Shown: one piece after another, positions 58,903-64,000 of the stretch
Numbering within the stretch: the stretch's first letter is position 1
Layout: each line of letters begins with the position of its first letter
Sequence record: NC_062582.1
Reading direction: 5' to 3' (one strand)
DNA length: 64,000 nt
Notes under the pieces: model-generated
Seen by the model: only the letters and a program-made list of their open reading frames with translations
The model's database searches: none
Told to the model about the DNA's origin: nothing
Made by a program: the position numbers and the translations under genes

Positions 58903-59298
58903 ATGTCGAAGAAACAAATTGATCTGTCTACCCTACCAAGTGTAGCCATTCCGCCTTATGATCATTTGAACTTCTATAGCGATCTCCCTAAACGAACGGG
59001 AACAGGTTTGCACTTCTGTTCCTATTACGGATTGAGGTTGTACTTGATCACTGGTAAGAAAGAGAGCCGTTTCCTGCAAGGCTCATGTCAATACATTACC
59101 GAACAAATGAAATACGAGTACGTACCTGATCTGCATAGCCAACTTGAAGAAGCTTTACGTTTAAATTTATCTCGTTTCCCACTCATGGTCTCGATGCTCA
59201 AGAAAGCCAAACCAGAATTCATCTGGGGTGCATTCGGTATTCGAGACTGTGAAGAGGAATGGGTTAAAATCGTACGTAAGGTAGTTAGTAGCCTGTAA
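58903..59298 (+). CDS. Hypothetical protein, weak NADAR/T4 30.3-like pattern
   Basis: DHLNFYS..HFCSYYG..YL.TG..; GGAG RBS. Confidence 0.5.
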   Translation: MSKKQIDLSTLPSVAIPPYDHLNFYSDLPKRTGTGLHFCSYYGLRLYLITGKKESRFLQGSCQYITEQMKYEYVPDLHSQLEEALRLNLSRFPLMVSMLKKAKPEFIWGAFGIRDCEEEWVKIVRKVVSSL

Positions 59299-59351
59299 CA
59301 AATCGATCCTTCGGGATATATCTGAAACATCACTCAATTGAGATTATAGAA

Positions 59352-60227
59352 ATGAACGATACTATTCGTCAAGAACATACCAAAATTATGCAGGAAATGA
59401 AATTAGTTGAAACCTTCGTAGTATCAAATTACGCGAACCGTATACGTACTACTTTAGAACAACTGGCAAAAGTTACGCATACCGATAAAGATGGTACTAT
59501 TCGGGCAATTAATCAATGGCTTGATCATTTACCCTTCGGTTCAACTACAATCGGATCTATCACTAGCAAGTTGGCAATTTTCTTTACAGACTTCGGAAAA
59601 CCAGATTGGTTCGGTGAATTGAAGTTGAACAACATGCAACGTGTTGGCGTCCATGCCGCACACAACCAATTTGATTTTCCTGGTCACGCACACATCAAGC
59701 TTTTCCAAAAGTTACATGTTAGCGATGAAAAAGATGCGTGGAAGGTGGATAACACTCAAACTAACAACCTTCAGTTTGTGGAAACATATCTACGTTGTAA
59801 AGGTATGCTCACTGAAGAAAGCTATCGTTCTGAGGGACAAAGTAATCATTCTATTGTAAGTCAGAAAATACGTAGTTACGATAGCATGTGGATCAGTGCT
59901 GATTGGGGTCGTCAAACGTATGCCTTCATGGACGGTGTACGCGAAGGGAAATTTAAAGACAAAGAAGTAGTTGCTATCGGATTTACAAATGAAAATGATG
60001 TAATGAAAGAAAAGCGCAAAGAACTTCAATCGGTACTTAGTGAGTTTGCCAAGTACATGACCGGTGCAAGTTATCATCTCATCCGAGTCACGAATGTAAA
60101 GAGAATGGAGGGTAAGCATAAAATCTCTATTCCTTCGATGACCTTTATTAAGGACGATGATTTGATGTCTCAAGTAACTGTTCAGTTTAACATGTACCCA
60201 GATGTTGCTCGATTCATTCTGAACTAA
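59352..60227 (+). CDS. Hypothetical protein, 291 aa
   Basis: Long ORF; family not recognised. Confidence 0.65.
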   Translation: MNDTIRQEHTKIMQEMKLVETFVVSNYANRIRTTLEQLAKVTHTDKDGTIRAINQWLDHLPFGSTTIGSITSKLAIFFTDFGKPDWFGELKLNNMQRVGVHAAHNQFDFPGHAHIKLFQKLHVSDEKDAWKVDNTQTNNLQFVETYLRCKGMLTEESYRSEGQSNHSIVSQKIRSYDSMWISADWGRQTYAFMDGVREGKFKDKEVVAIGFTNENDVMKEKRKELQSVLSEFAKYMTGASYHLIRVTNVKRMEGKHKISIPSMTFIKDDDLMSQVTVQFNMYPDVARFILN

Positions 60228-60292
60228 ACGATAGAGACACTGCATTCCTTCGGGGGTGTGGTGTCTCATCTTATGAACTTATTTTTTTTTGT
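60228..60292 (+). terminator. Intrinsic terminator
   Basis: gagacactgcattcc-TTCG-ggggtgtggtgtctc followed by a T-run. Confidence 0.7.
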
Positions 60293-60302
60293 TGGTGAAT
60301 CC

Positions 60303-61409
60303 ATGTTACCATTAGCTCCCCCGTCATTCATTGGTGATCCGTCAGCACCTGTAAAACAAATTGACCCATATGGGAAAATCAATCCCGAAGTACAAACTAA
60401 TATCGCGTCAAAGTTAACTGCCTTTGATTTAAGCTTTGACTCTATCCTGGCTAAGTCCGTGGATATGACAAAGCGTATTGGTGCTACACTGGCAGATGGA
60501 TCTTTATCCCTACCAGAAGCTAAGCGTCGCCTACAAGATGCAATGGGTGGTTCTCGTCAAGGTATCTCTGCATTAGCTGAAGGGCTTGAGAACCTGATGC
60601 TTGGAGACATGACAGGTAAAGATCCAGGTACTGGTTATGTGCGTACAGCCAACGACATGATCGACGGTGTTCAGTTGGTAATCAACGGAAAGAAGTCTAC
60701 CTTTACAAAAGGAGATTTCCCAAACGTTGGAGCTATTGTAGGTTTCATTGGAGACCTATCTAATAACCCTTTGATTAATGCATTCGACCTTGGTGCAGAA
60801 GCAGCGTTGGTTAAAGGTATCCTCACCCAGGTTACACAATGGGGTGTTCCAGAAATCATCGATGAAACATTCGGTGCAAAATGGGACGATACTAATAAAC
60901 GTTATAACTACGACTATGACGCAGACTTTAGGTTCTCAGTTGTAAAGCGTACTTCTGAAGATCTTTCTCCTGGTACAGACCTAGCAACGATTCGACAGTT
61001 GATGTTACATGGTGGCGATACAGCACTTATTGCAGCTAACCCTAGTTTCCCAGAACAGCTATTAGAACAATACAATTTCCCGTTGGGTATCGTTCCATCG
61101 AAAGATGATAAGCGTCCTGATTTACATACCTACGGAGAAGAACTGAAACTGCTGGAAGAGATCCTGGATATCTTGAAACCAGATTGGTATCAGATCAAAC
61201 GAATGGTATTTGATCCAGCAGGTAACCCGGCGTATAAACCGGAGTTGGTATGGAACTTACGTTTCATTTCTAAAGCTTCGATTGACGCCGTTAAATTGAT
61301 CAGTTATGATACCAAATATATCCCTGCACTATTAACAGCACCGTTCTACAGTGTGGATAGTGGTAAACAACTGTTAACACGTATGTATCCGTACATCGTG
61401 CTACAATAG
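60303..61409 (+). CDS. Putative virion structural protein
   Basis: MLPLAPP start after the terminator; phiKZ-family-like KQIDPY/DLGAE motifs. Confidence 0.55.
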   Translation: MLPLAPPSFIGDPSAPVKQIDPYGKINPEVQTNIASKLTAFDLSFDSILAKSVDMTKRIGATLADGSLSLPEAKRRLQDAMGGSRQGISALAEGLENLMLGDMTGKDPGTGYVRTANDMIDGVQLVINGKKSTFTKGDFPNVGAIVGFIGDLSNNPLINAFDLGAEAALVKGILTQVTQWGVPEIIDETFGAKWDDTNKRYNYDYDADFRFSVVKRTSEDLSPGTDLATIRQLMLHGGDTALIAANPSFPEQLLEQYNFPLGIVPSKDDKRPDLHTYGEELKLLEEILDILKPDWYQIKRMVFDPAGNPAYKPELVWNLRFISKASIDAVKLISYDTKYIPALLTAPFYSVDSGKQLLTRMYPYIVLQ

Positions 61410-61419
61410 AAGCGTTTTT

Positions 61420-61444
61420 ACCACTATATAACTAATTGGATATT
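61420..61444 (+). promoter_or_regulatory. Early-type promoter variant (TATATAAC)
   Basis: 23/25 identical to 12485-12509; precedes a run of small co-oriented genes. Confidence 0.6.
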
Positions 61445-61460
61445 AACCTAACAGTTCTAA

Positions 61461-61491
61461 ACATAAAGCCTTCCTACGGGAAGGCTTTATG
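61461..61491. terminator. Perfect hairpin of the conserved family
   Basis: cataaagccttcc-tacg-ggaaggctttatg. Confidence 0.75.
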
Positions 61492-61510
61492 ACGCGCTAA
61501 GGATTATCGC

Positions 61511-61660
61511 ATGGTTCAGGAAATTGAAGCAATCATAAAAGAAGCAGAACAACTCTGCCGCTGCGCTGAAAGACTTACCAACCAATCAAAATTTGCAGTA
61601 CGTTTAAAGAACCAACACCCATCACTCAAATCGCTTTATGAAAAGCAAACAACCAAATAG
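61511..61660 (+). CDS. 49-aa peptide (below track cutoff)
   Basis: TAAGGA RBS; MVQEIEAIIKEAEQLCRCAERL... Confidence 0.55.
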   Translation: MVQEIEAIIKEAEQLCRCAERLTNQSKFAVRLKNQHPSLKSLYEKQTTK

Positions 61661-61669
61661 GATATTAAA

Positions 61670-61981
61670 ATGAAAAGTTCTCCCGAGTTCCAACACTTCT
61701 GGAAATTCATCAATGCAGTTGATCTCCTGGATGCACTCAAAAACGAAGTCATGGTTTGGGTTACCGATGAAGGTAAGTTCGAAGTTGATTTCCATGTCAT
61801 CGGTAAAGGTGCTCGTGCACGCATGCGTCTCAACGAAAATGACAAGTGCGCTATAACCCTGTTCGACGCCTTGCAACAAGACGATGGTCAAATCATCATC
61901 GACTGTGAAGATGACGAAGCTTACATCAAACAAGCTAAGCGTGTCATTGCTTATCTGAACAACCCACATGACGTTTGCTAA
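61670..61981 (+). CDS. Small early protein, FIxxxxxLD family
   Basis: TAGGA RBS; 103 aa. Confidence 0.65.
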   Translation: MKSSPEFQHFWKFINAVDLLDALKNEVMVWVTDEGKFEVDFHVIGKGARARMRLNENDKCAITLFDALQQDDGQIIIDCEDDEAYIKQAKRVIAYLNNPHDVC

Positions 61982-62004
61982 TTAATTGTAATCAGGAGAT
62001 TCAA

Positions 62005-62292
62005 ATGAAAGTACCTAGCGCCGTAGTACTGATGAACAAGTTCATCGAGGCTGTAGTTAAACTGGACGATTCCGGTAAACTAAAGCTGACGGTCGGTTCG
62101 TCATTGTCTACGTATCTTTACGAGATTAATGGTCCGGACAAGGATGACGGTCACTACGTCTATTGCGATAATATTTATTGCACCGTAGAGTACCGCCACT
62201 TCACGAAAGACATTCGCGATGTGTTCACCCTGACCGAAGAGAATCTGAGCGACTGCGCTCAGGAACTCTACATCACTCTGATCGGCGCGTAA
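62005..62292 (+). CDS. Small early protein, FIxxxxxLD family
   Basis: AGGAG RBS; 95 aa. Confidence 0.7.
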   Translation: MKVPSAVVLMNKFIEAVVKLDDSGKLKLTVGSSLSTYLYEINGPDKDDGHYVYCDNIYCTVEYRHFTKDIRDVFTLTEENLSDCAQELYITLIGA

Positions 62293-62332
62293 TCCGCGCC
62301 AACATCCCACAAACACCAATAGGAAAGTTTAA

Positions 62333-62806
62333 ATGTTTATGAAATCTGTGATCCTCGCTGTACTGGCTCTGACTTCCGTTTCTGCATTCGCTGTTAAAGA
62401 CGTACAGAAACCAGAATACGAAATCCTACCCAATGCTCCTTACGTACCTGTGCACATCACAAAAGACGTATGTAAAGAAGTCGGTAAGTTGGGTGCATGG
62501 ATCAGTACCGGCATCACTAACGGTCTGTCTAATGGCATGATCAATAATAACGTTATCAATGAAGCTGTTGATAATCTGGGTAATCAGAATCTTGTGATCG
62601 CGGCAGTGTTGGTTGCACCGGAGAGTGTAATCGACGGTATGCGTGAGTACGATCAACAGCAGGATTACAAAGACGCATCACGTCTGTTCCCTAACTACAA
62701 CCGTCATAACCTGCACGGTTCGGTAATCCAATTCCGCTGCTCCAAGCGTATTGGTGAAACCATCGAGATCCCAAAGATCACCCGTGTTAAGAAGGTTTCG
62801 ATGTAA
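62333..62806 (+). CDS. Exported protein with a Sec signal peptide
   Basis: MKSVILAVLALTSVSAFA; two Cys in the mature part. Confidence 0.7.
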   Translation: MFMKSVILAVLALTSVSAFAVKDVQKPEYEILPNAPYVPVHITKDVCKEVGKLGAWISTGITNGLSNGMINNNVINEAVDNLGNQNLVIAAVLVAPESVIDGMREYDQQQDYKDASRLFPNYNRHNLHGSVIQFRCSKRIGETIEIPKITRVKKVSM

Positions 62807-62991
62807 TGGCAGACATCGAAATGCCATGGGGCGTTGCTATGCGACTATTCAAAAGGCAGATCGTGCAACGTCTACAGAAAGAACACAAGCTCTCTCCCAA
62901 GGAAGCAGTCGCTCTTTGGGAGGAGAGTATTAAACAAGAAGACTCCCGTATTCGGGCCATTTTAGAGGACCTAACAAATGCAGATTCCTGA
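62806..62991 (+). CDS. Free-standing RNAP beta' dock-domain-like peptide
   Basis: MPWGVAMRLFKRQIVQRL..KEA..ILEDL resembles RpoC [26 protein letters not shown]; TAATG coupling. Confidence 0.6.
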   Translation: MADIEMPWGVAMRLFKRQIVQRLQKEHKLSPKEAVALWEESIKQEDSRIRAILEDLTNADS

Positions 62992-63265
62992 TACGCTGGT
63001 ACAGTTTAATGAGTTCATTAAGGAACTCGCCCGTCTGGATGAAATGAACATTTTAGAGTTGATTCCACATGCCCACATTAAAGGCGTGTATGTGGTGGCA
63101 GTTAAAGATACTACCCGTGGTGTACAATTGTGGTTGGACCGTGATGACATGGTACTCGACTACATGACTGTCATGGGCAGTAAACAGGTCAAGGTATCCT
63201 TTGATATCAAAGGTCTTGCAAGCCGTGCATTCCTCTTCCTTCAGAACTATCGACACGAGATCTAA
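62978..63265 (+). CDS. Small early protein, FIxxxxxLD family
   Basis: GAGGA RBS; 95 aa. Confidence 0.65.
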   Translation: MQIPDTLVQFNEFIKELARLDEMNILELIPHAHIKGVYVVAVKDTTRGVQLWLDRDDMVLDYMTVMGSKQVKVSFDIKGLASRAFLFLQNYRHEI

Positions 63266-63267
63266 TC

Positions 63268-63729
63268 ATGAAACTTAAACACCGTGAAAAGTTGGTAACC
63301 GGTTTGCTTGATTCGTATGCCATGTCTGTGCGCCAGTGTTACCCAGGCGAGACTAACCGTCAACTGGTTCGACGTCTGGTTAATGTTCTATATAAAGCCA
63401 ACAAAGGTATGTTCCTTGCTCGTGATGACTCGCGTCATTTCATTGCCAGGTTAAAACATGGTGAAGGTTCATTGACAGTACTGACTGTCTTTGATAACAA
63501 CTGTGTCGACCTGAGCCTACCAGTTGAATTCACTGACGAGATGCAGGAAGACATGTTCATGATGCTCTTCGGCGTGCTGACCCTTGCTGTAAGTGTTACA
63601 GTGAGTCAAGGTATCTCGGATATGAACTCCCGTGCTGCTACTGCTATACAGCGTAATAGCGGGAACTTCTGGAACACCCAACAGCAAGGTACCTTTAGCA
63701 GTCCTGCTCAACAATCCTCACCGCTTTAA
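63268..63729 (+). CDS. Hypothetical protein with a Q/S/N-rich tail
   Basis: 153 aa, coupled to the upstream gene. Confidence 0.6.
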   Translation: MKLKHREKLVTGLLDSYAMSVRQCYPGETNRQLVRRLVNVLYKANKGMFLARDDSRHFIARLKHGEGSLTVLTVFDNNCVDLSLPVEFTDEMQEDMFMMLFGVLTLAVSVTVSQGISDMNSRAATAIQRNSGNFWNTQQQGTFSSPAQQSSPL

Positions 63730-63738
63730 GGACTAACC

Positions 63739-64000
63739 ATGAAAGTAGAAATTACACCACAGCATGGCAAGAACCCTGGTATCAATATCAATGGTCCGCA
63801 GATAACGGACATTGTCTGGCAGATCTTCAACTACTCTATTGGTTCTAACCGTTATGAATGTCCTTGGTATAAAGCTCGTCAAGAAGCGGGGGCGTTCTTC
63901 CAGGGAGGTTCGGGAGAGAATACCGGTTGGATTTTCATTGAGCTTGGGCAGCCTGCCCATGGTTTCAAATACCTGAACATGATTAATCGTGCTCTGGCAT
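63739..64000 (+). CDS. Partial hypothetical protein (MKVEITPQHGKNPG...)
   Basis: TAAGGA RBS; frame stays open to the window end. Confidence 0.6.
   Translation, partial: MKVEITPQHGKNPGININGPQITDIVWQIFNYSIGSNRYECPWYKARQEAGAFFQGGSGENTGWIFIELGQPAHGFKYLNMINRALA

Noticed and set aside
1-64000. tRNA genes, group I introns, inteins, homing endonucleases, recoded genetic code
   Set aside because: No cloverleafs or splice motifs noticed by eye; core proteins are of normal length; all three stop codons end genes

Overview
This window is a 64-kb segment of a phiKZ-like jumbo myophage (Chimalliviridae-type) genome using the standard genetic code. Family labels (gpNNN) come from remembered motifs and gene order, not database searches. 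The core genes run in phiKZ order: DnaB-like helicase, major capsid protein (MCP), a non-virion RNAP beta subunit, baseplate and portal genes, a tail-fibre cluster, RuvC, a spanin/holin/endolysin block, a collagen-like fibre, a virion RNAP subunit, UvsX, RNase H, inner-head proteins, PAAR plus spike, and SbcC. An early accessory region follows. I saw no tRNA, CRISPR array, intron or intein. Most notable: (1) an accessory cassette bounded by identical 26-bp hairpins starts with a free-standing copy of the MCP C-terminal region next to a probably inactive prohead-protease paralogue; (2) a 61-aa early gene resembles a detached RNAP beta' dock domain, which suggests a set of decoy fragments of essential proteins; (3) the MCP TGA stop is followed in frame by a 26-codon tail with an RxLEDG repeat that recurs at the C-terminus of a virion protein, which suggests programmed stop read-through.
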